Assembly: GCA_963765895.1 (NCBI GenBank)
Contig: CAVXZB010000059.1
Coordinates: 1 to 64,000, forward strand
Source of the DNA: an uncultured Nitrososphaeraceae archaeon
GTDB taxonomy: Archaea > Thermoproteota > Nitrososphaeria > Nitrososphaerales > Nitrososphaeraceae
Length of the DNA stretch: 64,000 bases
Direction: 5' to 3'
Shown here: positions 36,407-46,691 of the stretch, in pieces
Position numbering within the stretch: position 1 is the first letter of the stretch
Layout of the letters: the number at the start of each line of letters is the position of its first letter
The notes under the pieces: model-generated
What the model saw: the letters and a program-made list of their open reading frames with translations, nothing else
Databases searched by the model: none
What the model was told of the DNA's origin: nothing
Position numbers and translations under genes: made by a program

Positions 36407-36664
36407 TTGTTACATTCTGTAGGTAGGTAGTGATTTCTATAGGCTGAAGAACTGCAAGTAGAGGGAGTGTCCTTATCATGACAACATTTCCAGTAGAGCA
36501 GTCTAAAAAAACTGTATTGGAAGTTTATGAACGGCTAATCTGCATTAATATTACATGTCAGAAACTGCCCTGCTGCCTATGGTACCAGTTGCTTGTAGTG
36601 AGCCAGGGTGGCTCTAACATCTTGGCGTGTATTCGCATAGATATATGTAGTTGCAGGACTTATT

Positions 36665-37334
36665 TTATCCACCTTCCTTTAACTTGTTGCGGCGATCAAG
36701 TTCGGCCTTGCTTGGTGTTTCTAGCCCAAGTGACCCCGTCTTGACTCCTCCTGAGCGCTCGTAATTGGCGATTATAACTCCGCTTGGCGAAATCCCGCTT
36801 TCAAGAAGTTTGAACCCAGCTGGAATTGTACCTTCTGCAAACAAGCGCTTGCCCGTGCTAAGAGTAACAGGAAATATTTTTAGCCAAAGCTCCTCGACCA
36901 AGTCATACTTTAAGAGTGTCTGAACAAGATTGCTCCTGCCATGAACTTGTATTTCTGGCCCATCCTGCTCCTTTATCCTTTTAATTTCCTCTGGAACATC
37001 ACCATTTATCAGTTCTGAATTATTCCAATCAAGCTTTGTCAAGGTCTTTGAAGCTACGTATTTCTTGGCATTATTGAGTCTGGCCGCGAATGGGTTTTGA
37101 TCTGCGTTCACGTATGGCCAGTACGCTGCAAAATCTCTGGTACGTTTTTCTGCCAAGCAATAAATCAAAAGGTTTACTCGTCTGCTTGATCATCACACTA
37201 AGAAGAAAGTCGTCAAAGTATCCAGCTACCCAGCCTTCGTGTTCGAACCCTCCAGTAGGATCTTCTTCAGGCCCACCCGGAGCCTGCATCACGTTGTCAA
37301 GGGTTATGAAAGACAGGACAATTGTCTTTCTCAT
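36665..37334 (-). pseudogene. dihydrofolate reductase-like (RibD C-terminal) family protein, frameshifted
   Basis: FITLDNVMQAPGGPEED, LLLGRKTY, KYVASKTL, LVQTLL, FPVTLSTGKRLF. Confidence 0.88.
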
Positions 37335-37560
37335 TTATTTCCCCTCTCCTAAAATTTCCCTCGCTATATATCTGATAATCTTTTTCACAAGTTCATATGT
37401 GATTGGCTTATCCAAAGGAAATCGGACAGAACCTTTTTCTTGTATGTGGTGCCAGTTCTTTTTTGACCGCTTCAATGCCATGGTGGTTTTGAACTTTCCT
37501 CCGACGCACATATCATTTTCAGTAGCCGACGCTTCCCAGTAATTCGAAGCAAAAGCCAGC
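37335..37560 (-). pseudogene. fused fragments of an SRPBCC-like and a DUF1801-like gene
   Basis: W...ENDMCVGGKFKTTMA (SRPBCC-like) runs into KGSVRFPLDKPITYELVKKII (DUF1801/YdhG-like C-terminus). Confidence 0.5.
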
Positions 37561-38245
37561 CGATGATAGACATTCCAAATGACATTAATCGGATCATAAG
37601 AAAGCAAGACATTATTATTAATATAGCTCCACGCGCTTAAGTTCTGCAAATATAGTAAGATATTCAGACCATTATCTTCAAGAACAGCAGCAACATCTGC
37701 ATTTACTGATGCGATCGTTTACAAGGGGATAATTTTTTCTTTCACCCCCTTCACAGAAAGAAATTTTCCCCCTAGTAGTCAGAAAGTAAATGAAGTAGAG
37801 CAGAACCTAAGCTTTATCCTATCACACCAGAATTCGGCAGTTTCCGATAACTCATTGATCCACATAGAACCGAAGGTCATCTAATCTTCGGACGCCTATA
37901 ACCTTATCAACAGATATCTATTGATATGGTCTCACATTGTCCTACACTATCAAACACTGTTCCACATTATAGTTACAGGTCTTGACGACGAAATGGCACT
38001 TCGTTTCTAATCAACTGCAATTAGAATCTTCTTCTATAAATATTAAGCAGAATGTTCAATAACATCTATCACTACAATTGTGACATGTGGAGTAAGGCCA
38101 AATCAATTATCGTAATGCCAACAGTCATGATGGCAATAGTGCTAAATTCTGTGATTGTAGAGTTAAGAAATTCTGGATATAAGGTCGTAACGGGTTTCGT
38201 GGAGGAATCAAAGAAGGGTTTACCACCAAGGGCTGAAAGTAAATA

Positions 38246-39076
38246 ATGAATAAATTTATTATTTTATTTTTGATTGTTGGCTTGGCAGCTTCTATGGTTT
38301 CGGCCAGTGGTTTTAGTGTGGGTCTGGTCGAGGCTAAGGATTCAGATAGTGGCGGCGACGATAGTAGTGATTCAGGAACCAGCGATAATGGTGACAATGG
38401 CGGTAGCGACAGCGGTTCAAGCGATAATGGCGGCGGTAGTGATAGCGGTAGTAGTGATTCAGGAACAAGTGATAATGGTGGTCCAGACAGTGGTTCAAGT
38501 GACAATGGTGATACAGATTCAAGCGATAGTGGTTCAGCCGATACAGGAACTAGTGATAGTGGTTCTACCGATAATACGGCAACACCAGAATCAGCACCAG
38601 TACAAGAAGAAACACCAGCAATAGCAGACACTGCAACGGCAAATGCTAACGCCGCGCAAGTGACAAATACTAACCCTCCTGTAGTAAATCCATTAATCCC
38701 AGCAAAAACACCTAATACCGATCCAAATCCCAATCCAACAATAAAGATACCAAAACACGTTTCGAATTGTAATGGCACATTTAAAGACTGTAGAACCAAG
38801 GAAGGCTTTTTCTGTAAGGCAGGTTCTGGAGCTCATGAATGTGAATGTGATAACTTACATAGCAAAGACTGTGGTGGTCCTGGTCGTCATCGTCATGGTG
38901 GTCATAACACAGTAGTAGTTGTTCACAAGACAAAGACAGTCCATGAGAAAGATTCACATAGTATAACAACAGTATTCGTTCCAGACGTAGGCTTAGTCCA
39001 ACCGTTGAACTGTAAGTTAAATCAGAACAATGGAAAGATTGGATGCGAATTTGTAGTAATAAAGGTGATTAACTAA
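38246..39076 (+). CDS. secreted protein with Ser/Asp/Gly repeats and Cys/His-rich C-terminal region
   Basis: Signal peptide ending VEA; DSG(S/T)SDNG repeats; Pro/Thr linker; eight Cys and RHRHGGH. Confidence 0.8.
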   Translation: MNKFIILFLIVGLAASMVSASGFSVGLVEAKDSDSGGDDSSDSGTSDNGDNGGSDSGSSDNGGGSDSGSSDSGTSDNGGPDSGSSDNGDTDSSDSGSADTGTSDSGSTDNTATPESAPVQEETPAIADTATANANAAQVTNTNPPVVNPLIPAKTPNTDPNPNPTIKIPKHVSNCNGTFKDCRTKEGFFCKAGSGAHECECDNLHSKDCGGPGRHRHGGHNTVVVVHKTKTVHEKDSHSITTVFVPDVGLVQPLNCKLNQNNGKIGCEFVVIKVIN

Positions 39077-39159
39077 CCACATCTTTAGTTTACGAATAGA
39101 CAACTCTTTTTCTCTAAGGTCAGATTTACCTTAAATACTATGCAGCGAGTATATGGTGC

Positions 39160-40209
39160 GTGTCAAGTCACAGACTTGTTAGGAAAGTTCATCTAGTCCT
39201 AATTGCTGTCATATCTATGCTTGTTATCGCAGGTCCTTCAATTAGTAATTATGGTTATTTTGGCATTACTAAAGTAGCGCATGGTCAATCAGATCCAAAC
39301 CAAACGAATTCTAGTGCTACGAATTCGGTAAATACGCACGATATCCCATTAAAAAAAGTCCATGTAGGAGATATTGATGTTGCGTACAAGATGTTTGGCA
39401 AAGGTGACCCTATAATACTTTTCAATGGCGCTTCTGATAGTATGGATGCCTGGGATCCGTCCTTTTTAACTGGTATTTCTTCAAATCACACAGTGATTGT
39501 GTTTGATCAACGTGGAATTGGAAATTCAACGGCTGGTTCCAAACCATACACACCTCAGCAACTAGCAAACGATACAGCTGGTCTGCTTGATGCTCTAAAA
39601 ATACCAAAAGCAGATGTTATGGGATATTCTTTGGGAGGACATATAGCTCAGGCATTTACAATTAGCTATCCAGAAAAGGTTAACAGGCTAATACTTGTTG
39701 CTTCATCATGTGGCGGAAAAGATGGTATACCTAAACCACCTGAATTTAAGAAATTGCAAGCTGATATTGTAAACAAATCTCTACATAATATTCCAGTTAC
39801 TCAGGAATTGAAAGCGCTTAATGTTGCCTCGTTAGGATCAGGATGGATCAAACTGCATCCTGAATCTGCAGTCATTCCAGCCAACACTACATCATTACAA
39901 CAATTGAAGCCTGGTTTGCCCCCTGATATAGCAAATAAGCAGAACAACGTAGGACTTGCTTGGACGGCTCCCAACTGGAGTGGTGCTTGTGATAAGGAAG
40001 GGAAACTGGCAAAACCCACGTTAGTTATAACTGGAACAGACGATAATAGCTACGTGCCGCATGGAAATGCTTTAATTCTTGCAAGCAAAATTCCAGGAGC
40101 CTGGCTTGTACAGATTAAAAATGCGGGTCACGCAATAATGAATCAATATCCGACTGAGATTGGTAAGATAGTAAATACATTTCTATCGACTACTACCCCA
40201 AACAAGTGA
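39160..40209 (+). CDS. alpha/beta hydrolase with N-terminal signal/TM
   Basis: FDQRGIGNS, GYSLGG (nucleophile Ser), TGTDD, NAGH. Confidence 0.92.
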   Translation: MSSHRLVRKVHLVLIAVISMLVIAGPSISNYGYFGITKVAHGQSDPNQTNSSATNSVNTHDIPLKKVHVGDIDVAYKMFGKGDPIILFNGASDSMDAWDPSFLTGISSNHTVIVFDQRGIGNSTAGSKPYTPQQLANDTAGLLDALKIPKADVMGYSLGGHIAQAFTISYPEKVNRLILVASSCGGKDGIPKPPEFKKLQADIVNKSLHNIPVTQELKALNVASLGSGWIKLHPESAVIPANTTSLQQLKPGLPPDIANKQNNVGLAWTAPNWSGACDKEGKLAKPTLVITGTDDNSYVPHGNALILASKIPGAWLVQIKNAGHAIMNQYPTEIGKIVNTFLSTTTPNK

Positions 40210-40901
40210 ATCATACATTGGATCTAACACTTGATAATGACCACTAACCCGTATCCCCTGCTTCTTGCTTGGGTGTGTTCTACTGAATTACTAATAGTGA
40301 CAATTGTTGGAACTGTACGAGCGCATGCATGGGCACGCCATCATGAGGAATCACGTCTTAACCTAGCATAATCTGATGAAAGGCAGGGAGGACATAGCAT
40401 ACGCCCATGATTCAGTTACTATCGAACTAACCTGACTTGAATCAAATATTATCCTATATGTAAAAACTTGCTATATGAACTGAATGCTTTGCTTTACATT
40501 CTCTAAATTGATACTATCTATAGATACTTTCAATTTGCACCGTTAACATTGTTTCTAAATCCATGCCAAAGTGCTGATGCTTAACATCTATTGGGCTCAA
40601 ATGTTTTGCCTCACATTTGTATAGCTGATTTAGTAGGTTACGGAAAAGATCAGCAGGCGCTAGAGTATCCTGGGGTGTAATAAATATTGACACATTCAAC
40701 TCACTCTTAACTGGCAGTCAGTCACTGGTACAAATCGTAATTTTGTGCTTCATCATTTCATGTCAGGCAATTAACGGGCCCTTAATTAGGTCGAATTTGA
40801 TTTACACACCCTTGCCCATACTGCGTGAAAGTCCCTAGCAATATTTCTGCTAAAGAATACTCGCATTTTTAGGTTTGTTATTTTTTGTTCACAGCATAAC
40901 C

Positions 40902-42159
40902 TTACCGCGCGCCTACATCCTGTCTCCTTTCTATCTCCTGTAATCTAGATGATAAAGACACAAGTTGATCGGATAGTTGAGATATAGCATCATCCTTTAC
41001 TTTATCACGCTGTCTTAATGACTGATTTAATTCCTCTAATTCCTCTACCTTTGTCTGTATGTCTGCGCCCTGCCTTTGTAGTTGATGGACATTAAGGAAT
41101 GTTAGATAAGACTCAATTTTACGGAATATTTCAGCTTTTTCTGAATCCTTTTTGCGCCAGTATGTAGAACCAGAATGTCCTATGAAATACTCAGAGTAAT
41201 CGGCGTAACCAAGATCGGAGATCGTGGTCTTTACAAACCTTCTAAATGAATGAAGAGTAATTTGTCTTCGTCTGTTACCATCCTCTCTAGCACCTTTGCC
41301 CATTCTATCTAAGGTTTTTGCAAAAGATTTAACTAAATCCTGATATAGTGAAAGAGTCTTCGTAATGGCCTTGTTTTGGTAAACCGCAAACACTAGGTCA
41401 GAATCATCTTTGATGGGTGTTCGATATTCTGTTACTGTTTTATTTTTTGATGTTGTATTATGTTGATCATTATAAGATACCCTTCTTGTTCGATATTTAT
41501 AGTCTATCCACAACTTTAGTTGGTGTGCCGTTTCGTTAGTTAAAAATGCAGTTCTATCTGTCCTTGTTTTAGTATATTCACCTCTTACAGAAAACCTCGT
41601 AGGTACTGAACCTTCTAGATCAAAATCCTTGATACGGAGAGATAGAGCCTCCTGTGCTCGCATTCCAGTCGAAGCTAGCGAGCATTACATATGTTTTTAG
41701 TCTAATATCTGAGCAGGCGTTTAATATGTCGGTAATATCTTCTTTGGATAGTGCTTCTTTATTTTTTCTAATTGATTTCGGTAGTTTTACCTTTAGTTCA
41801 AACTTCCTTGGGCTAATATCTACATCGTGATATTCCAGAAAATTTTTGACAGTTATAATGCGCTGTTTCATTGTATCAACTGAAATGCCAGTATTGCTCA
41901 AGTATGAACTATATTCGTTTAAAACATCAAAAACATCCTGATCACCTTCTTTAATTCTTCTAATGAGTTTATCTATGGCTAATGCACCAAATACAGTTGA
42001 TAGAAAATTCTCGAAGGACGCTAATCTTCTGCTATAGGCATATGCTGTTGCTTTGCTCATTATACTGACGTTTTTGATGTATTTGGAAACTGCATCGCTA
42101 TTATTGATCAGGAGCCTGATGCTCTGCTGGGTTGGTAACGACGATGAATGGTTGGCCAT
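40902..42159 (-). pseudogene. tyrosine recombinase/integrase, frameshifted near 41680
   Basis: N-terminal SAM-like region; TGMRAQEA (R), YTKT (K), LHSFRR (HxxR), IGH, TYW (Y); C-terminal coiled coil. Confidence 0.9.
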
Positions 42160-42373
42160 GATTACTAGTACTATCTGAATCTATACTTTTATACCTTTTG
42201 TATTCATAGACTTTAATGCCCTATGAATTGACCAATCCATAGACTAGTTGGGCAGGCTAGATTGGTACTGATTTAATTGTACACTATGTTGAACCTTAAA
42301 TAGCATGCATCTAACGGTTTTTAACAGTAAACCCATGTAGAAAATTAACTGTAGAATTCAGATCCTTTAATGT

Positions 42374-42577
42374 TCATAATAGGGGCTCAGGCACGAAAAA
42401 TTTATACCAACTCTTACCATCTCGTATGGCACATAATAAATCTATTGTCGTGATCCTACCAATTACTATGCCATTGTCATCAATTGTGGGTAGACCGTTA
42501 AATACTTCTAATATTATCCTTGTAGCGATCTCTACTGCTGTTACGTCATCTTTTGCAGCTACAATATCTACAGACAC
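42374..42577 (-). pseudogene. CBS-domain protein truncated after the first CBS repeat
   Basis: FNGLPTIDDNGIVIGRITTIDLL; CBS similarity is lost after ...RDGKS at about 42410. Confidence 0.7.
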
Positions 42578-42819
42578 ATTACGTCATATATATTCATAAA
42601 TTTATTTACTAAAAATGGTTATTAACACTTTTTAATTTTGCTTATGTATTCATGATTAGAGTATACTGGACACATGTACGTCTTTTTTTATTCCTGTTGG
42701 AGGAGTAGGAGGAGGACAACGATGTATGGTATATGAAAAGGAACAAAATCTATCTATCCAGGTCGATGAGACGAGTTTATGAAACTATTATGAAAGTTGT
42801 TGTCATATAATAAAGCATT

Positions 42820-43383
42820 ATGGTAGAAAGACAAGCAGAAGATACTATAGAAAATATTGATATAGACTCCTCTACACACAAACCAGCATATAATACAAGT
42901 GCAATAAACCATGCATTGACAAGAGCTAACAAAGACCAAAAGTTTCTAGACTCTGCAATAAAATTACTTGACAATAAACAACAAATGCAATTCCCAGCTA
43001 TTAAAGAAGAAATTTTAGATTATATTTCACGTGTAAGTAATGACACGGATGTAATATCATTATTTCAAAGCTTAGATGGCTATATTAGATTCAAAGATAT
43101 ATATCACGTGCGAAAAGCACTTGAAGAAAATAATCATGCAAATAAAACAAAACATCAGATAACAGATAGTACACGCAAGAACCCTGACGTTAGGACACGC
43201 GACATAACAATTGACAGTAGTACAAAAGAGAAAGAAGCTGTAAATTTAAATGAAGAAAGAAAAGACTATCCTGAAGTTACACCGACTGCTATGTCTAATT
43301 ATATTTGTGATATGTGTGGCAAACCCTTTCAAACGAGGGATGATCTAGTACATCATCAGAATTTTGAAAAAGGAAAAGCCTAG
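42820..43383 (+). CDS. DUF2795-like domain protein with C-terminal C2H2-like zinc finger
   Basis: FPAIKEEILDY...ISLFQSL...FKDIYHVRKAL; YICDMCGKPFQTRDDLVHH. Confidence 0.7.
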   Translation: MVERQAEDTIENIDIDSSTHKPAYNTSAINHALTRANKDQKFLDSAIKLLDNKQQMQFPAIKEEILDYISRVSNDTDVISLFQSLDGYIRFKDIYHVRKALEENNHANKTKHQITDSTRKNPDVRTRDITIDSSTKEKEAVNLNEERKDYPEVTPTAMSNYICDMCGKPFQTRDDLVHHQNFEKGKA

Positions 43384-43724
43384 TATTGGATTATAAAAAA
43401 ATAAAATGATATAGAGAGAAGAAAGGACTAGAGTACAATATATTCATTAATGATGGATACAACAAAGCAATAAGAAGAAATAATATACCTTGATAATCTC
43501 CTATATGAAATTGGAGTCATTTATTTGTTTATTATAGACCCTACTACAAAATTACATCTATTTGATCATGATGATTATGCTGTTAATATTTCTATCTAAA
43601 AATGGCCATGTATTTTACACATGTAGTTATAGTACGACTTAGCCAGCTAATGCAAGCTTGTAATAAATTTAGGTTTTCATCTATGTATGAAACGTTAAAA
43701 AGCAATAATGTTGTTTTAAAGATT

Positions 43725-44087
43725 ATGTCTTCTCACTCTAATTCTAGTACTAACGATAGTACCAGTGACACCCAGCCACCGAAAGATCAAATTCCTACTG
43801 AGTATAATGAGGAACAGACGCAAAGAGTTATTCGGAAACAACATCGAATATCCGGTGAAGGAAGAGATAAGACTATTTATGATTTCCCATATGCGGCAGC
43901 AGTAGCACAAGTTCTAAAGGATTTAGACTTTCCAACAAATAAACAGAACATAATTCAACACATTGAACAGAAGCGGTCAGTCATGCCTGAGAGTAATGAG
44001 GTGCTATCCGTATTACAACAAATAGAAGAAAAGGACTATAATAATGTCGCAGAAGTTACTAAAGCAGCAGGCTTGGTGGACGGATAA
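43725..44087 (+). CDS. DUF2795 domain protein
   Basis: AAAVAQVLKDLDFPTNKQNII...LQQIEEKDYNNVAEVTKA; likely start MSSHS at 43725. Confidence 0.8.
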   Translation: MSSHSNSSTNDSTSDTQPPKDQIPTEYNEEQTQRVIRKQHRISGEGRDKTIYDFPYAAAVAQVLKDLDFPTNKQNIIQHIEQKRSVMPESNEVLSVLQQIEEKDYNNVAEVTKAAGLVDG

Positions 44088-44418
44088 CGTTCGCCAAGCA
44101 TATCTGCATAATGCAGAAGGTTCCGGAAAAATCGACCATACAATTTTTAAAAAGGCAAGCCTGAAGTCAGTCAAGTTATGTTGCATTAGTATTTGATAGA
44201 ACAAATGTCATTATAGATCATGTTGAGAAAATAGTTGTCTCTTTTTCCTCTTCTAATATTTCATCAGAATCATTCTAATTGTTTAAATATCTATTTGTCC
44301 TCGAAAGAGTCCAAATTAATTAACTTCCTCTACTATAGCTTTGGGTTTATTGTCATTTTCATTATTGGTTTTTGACGCCACTTATTTTCTGATCAGTTTT
44401 ATCATTCATATGGTCTTA

Positions 44419-44993
44419 CTATATCATGCTGCCAACTGATTTTTCAACGTCTACCATATCATGGTATTCTCTATCTGGAAGACTATTTAGTATATCCAAA
44501 ATTTTGTTTGAGTCGCTAGAATTAATTTGAGATAAATTTTTCTTTGTATAATTTTTTAAACTACTTTTGCTCTTTGGAAAGTGTATTCCTGTTAGAAGCT
44601 TTGCAATTGCAACTGCTGATACAGAAGCCGTAGCCGCAGTTCTTCCTCCTTGCTTACTAGGTTGCTATATTGATTCAACTTCGTTTGCCTCTCTTACATT
44701 CTTCACACTTTTTAATTCACCTAGTGTCATTGCAACTTCGGCAGAATCTCTGTATATGCGAGATGGAAGAGATTCTATTAATTCAAAAAAGATCTTTACT
44801 AATAGTTGATGCCTTCCAAGATGAATATTGTACCAAATCCATCTTTAGTTTTTGGATAGTCAATGCCAGCTAATACTTTTTCAACATCTGCGGCAGAAGG
44901 AGCCTGTGGTGGATGTGCAGTATCCATATGTCTTTGTAAACGAGATTTCTGTTCAAATCCGTCTTCACAAACACTGCATGTAAATTGAGCCAT
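44419..44993 (-). pseudogene. C2H2 zinc finger plus two DUF2795 domains, disrupted
   Basis: CSVCEDGFEQKSRLQRHMDTAH; LAGIDYPKTK...LPSRIYRDSAEV; LTGIHFPKSK...LPDREYHDMVDVEK; two frameshifts and one in-frame TAG. Confidence 0.8.
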
Positions 44994-45029
44994 TGGACTT
45001 TCCTTTTATCTTATCTTATCTTATCTTAT

Positions 45030-45240
45030 CTTATACTTCCTAATGCCCCTTTCCACTTCTGCCGTATTGTGGTAAATTCTATCAGGTATCTCCTCCAAAG
45101 TATCAATCACTTGTTCTGGCCGATCTAACTTTATCTTATTTTGTTTTGCGTACTCTATAACCTTATCTTTATCTTTTGGAAAAACTATTTCAGATAGTAA
45201 TTTAGCTATTGCAGCAGCAGATGGTGCCTTACTTGCGGCT
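45030..45240 (-). pseudogene. DUF2795 domain fragment (no start found)
   Basis: Manual translation: KAPSAAAIAKLLSEIVFPKDKDKVIEYAKQN...LEEIPDRIYHNTAEVEK; runs into a (TTATC)5 repeat at 45006-45030. Confidence 0.75.
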
Positions 45241-45269
45241 ATGAACTAGTACAGCAAATAAAAAAAATA

Positions 45270-45445
45270 AAACCAGAGATTAACATTTTGCTTATGAGTG
45301 CATTTGAATATAAAGATTCTGATTTTCAAAAAGGTTTTTCATCATCAGATATAGCTGGATTTATAGAAAAGCCTGTATCTTTACACAAATTAAATGAAAT
45401 GGTACTGCATCTACATAGCAAAGACTTCGCATTCTTCCAATTTAA
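45270..45445 (+). pseudogene. response regulator C-terminal fragment
   Basis: LLMSAFEYKDSDF...IAGFIEKPVSLHKLNEMV. Confidence 0.6.
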
Positions 45446-45785
45446 GTTAATATTTGATTGATTAATTAACTAATTACTCGTCAGTGTCTGTAACATTTGC
45501 AAAGACATAGGTATTTGCTAACCTAACATATCTTGATTCTTTCAATATCGGTAGTATATTATACTCCAAAGCTCTAATGGTGTCAATATTCTATATATGG
45601 TAACCATCATAAAGGTGATTCGTGCCCAGATACGATTTTGATTGTTTTGTCTTTATTTATCAAATATAGAGAAGATATGTACGTCTAAATCTTATACATC
45701 TTGGAATAACGAATAACTTTTGAAGGATTTTTGATTACAGCCGCAAATTAAAACCTAATATAGATGTTACAAGTATATATATGTA

Positions 45786-46691
45786 ATGTTAGCAAATGAA
45801 TTAATATGTAAAACATGTAATAAATTCTCTAATCTAATTACAGATGCAGAGTCTGGCGAAACGATTTGTACTAATTGTGGTATAGTTATTAATACTGATA
45901 AGTCATCACAACAGATTACCCAAGAGCGGCATGCATTTGATGCTATTCAAAGTAGAGTAGGGATGCCACTAACATTAACACGTCATGATAGAGGCCTTTC
46001 TACAGTAATTGGAAGTCCAGATAAGGATGCTAGTGGACAAGGACTAGACAATTCAGTACGTTCTATGATGCAAAGATTAAGGACATGGGATTATAGAATT
46101 CAAGCTAGTTCACCAACAGATAGAAATCTTAAAAATGCGTTTCAGAAGCTTGAAAGGTTAAAGGGAAAACTTGGATTGCCAAATAATGTAATAGAAAAGG
46201 CAGCCTATATCTATAGAAAAGTGCAGCAACAAAGAATGGTCAGAGGAAGGACAATAGCTGGAGCACTAGCAGCGTCTATTTATGTTGCTTCCAGGGAGGC
46301 TGGAGTTCCACGAACATTAGCTGAGGTAGCGTCTCTTAGCAATGTATCCTACAAGGAGCTCTCAAGAGCATATAGGCAAATAGTTTTAAATTTGGAATTA
46401 AAAGTCCCACTGGTAGATCCAATAAGATGCATTGCAAAGATTGCAAATAAAATGGAGATAAGTGAAAAAACAAAAAGGCATGCTGTGAATTATATGCATG
46501 ATGTGATAACAAGTGGAATTGCCGCTGGAAAGGATCCTATGGGATTGGCAGGAGCAGTTTTATATCTATCGTGTATCCATGGCAATGAACAGAGAACTCA
46601 GTTAGATGTTGCCGCTGCCTCTGGAGTAACAGAAGTAACTCTGAGAAACAGGTGTAAAGAACTCAACATAAAGATTCCCCAACTCAATTAA
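45786..46691 (+). CDS. tfb: transcription initiation factor IIB (TFB paralogue)
   Basis: Zn ribbon CKTC...GETICTNCG; HDRGLST; RLRTWD; two cyclin repeats (RGRT, GKDPMGLAG, GVTEVTLRNR). Confidence 0.95.
   Translation: MLANELICKTCNKFSNLITDAESGETICTNCGIVINTDKSSQQITQERHAFDAIQSRVGMPLTLTRHDRGLSTVIGSPDKDASGQGLDNSVRSMMQRLRTWDYRIQASSPTDRNLKNAFQKLERLKGKLGLPNNVIEKAAYIYRKVQQQRMVRGRTIAGALAASIYVASREAGVPRTLAEVASLSNVSYKELSRAYRQIVLNLELKVPLVDPIRCIAKIANKMEISEKTKRHAVNYMHDVITSGIAAGKDPMGLAGAVLYLSCIHGNEQRTQLDVAAASGVTEVTLRNRCKELNIKIPQLN

Larger units (their letters stand above)
20120..42410. mobile_element. decayed, mosaic integrated element(s) carrying an MCM-like helicase and a tyrosine integrase
   Basis: MCM-like gene at the left, integrase at the right, truncated genes at both inferred edges, internal repeat clusters; boundaries inferred, no outer att pair found. 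Confidence 0.55.

Noticed and set aside
38125-38799. 224-aa minus-strand ORF and other overlapping ORFs
   Set aside because: Shadow frames of the low-complexity secreted gene on the plus strand.
40905-40916. GCGCGCCTAC shared with 35713-35722
   Set aside because: Only 10 bp match with no flanking similarity; at 40.9 kb it is simply the end of the integrase frame.
40210-42410. tRNA gene or tRNA-derived att site beside the integrase
   Set aside because: No cloverleaf, T-loop consensus or matching repeat at the left edge could be found by eye.
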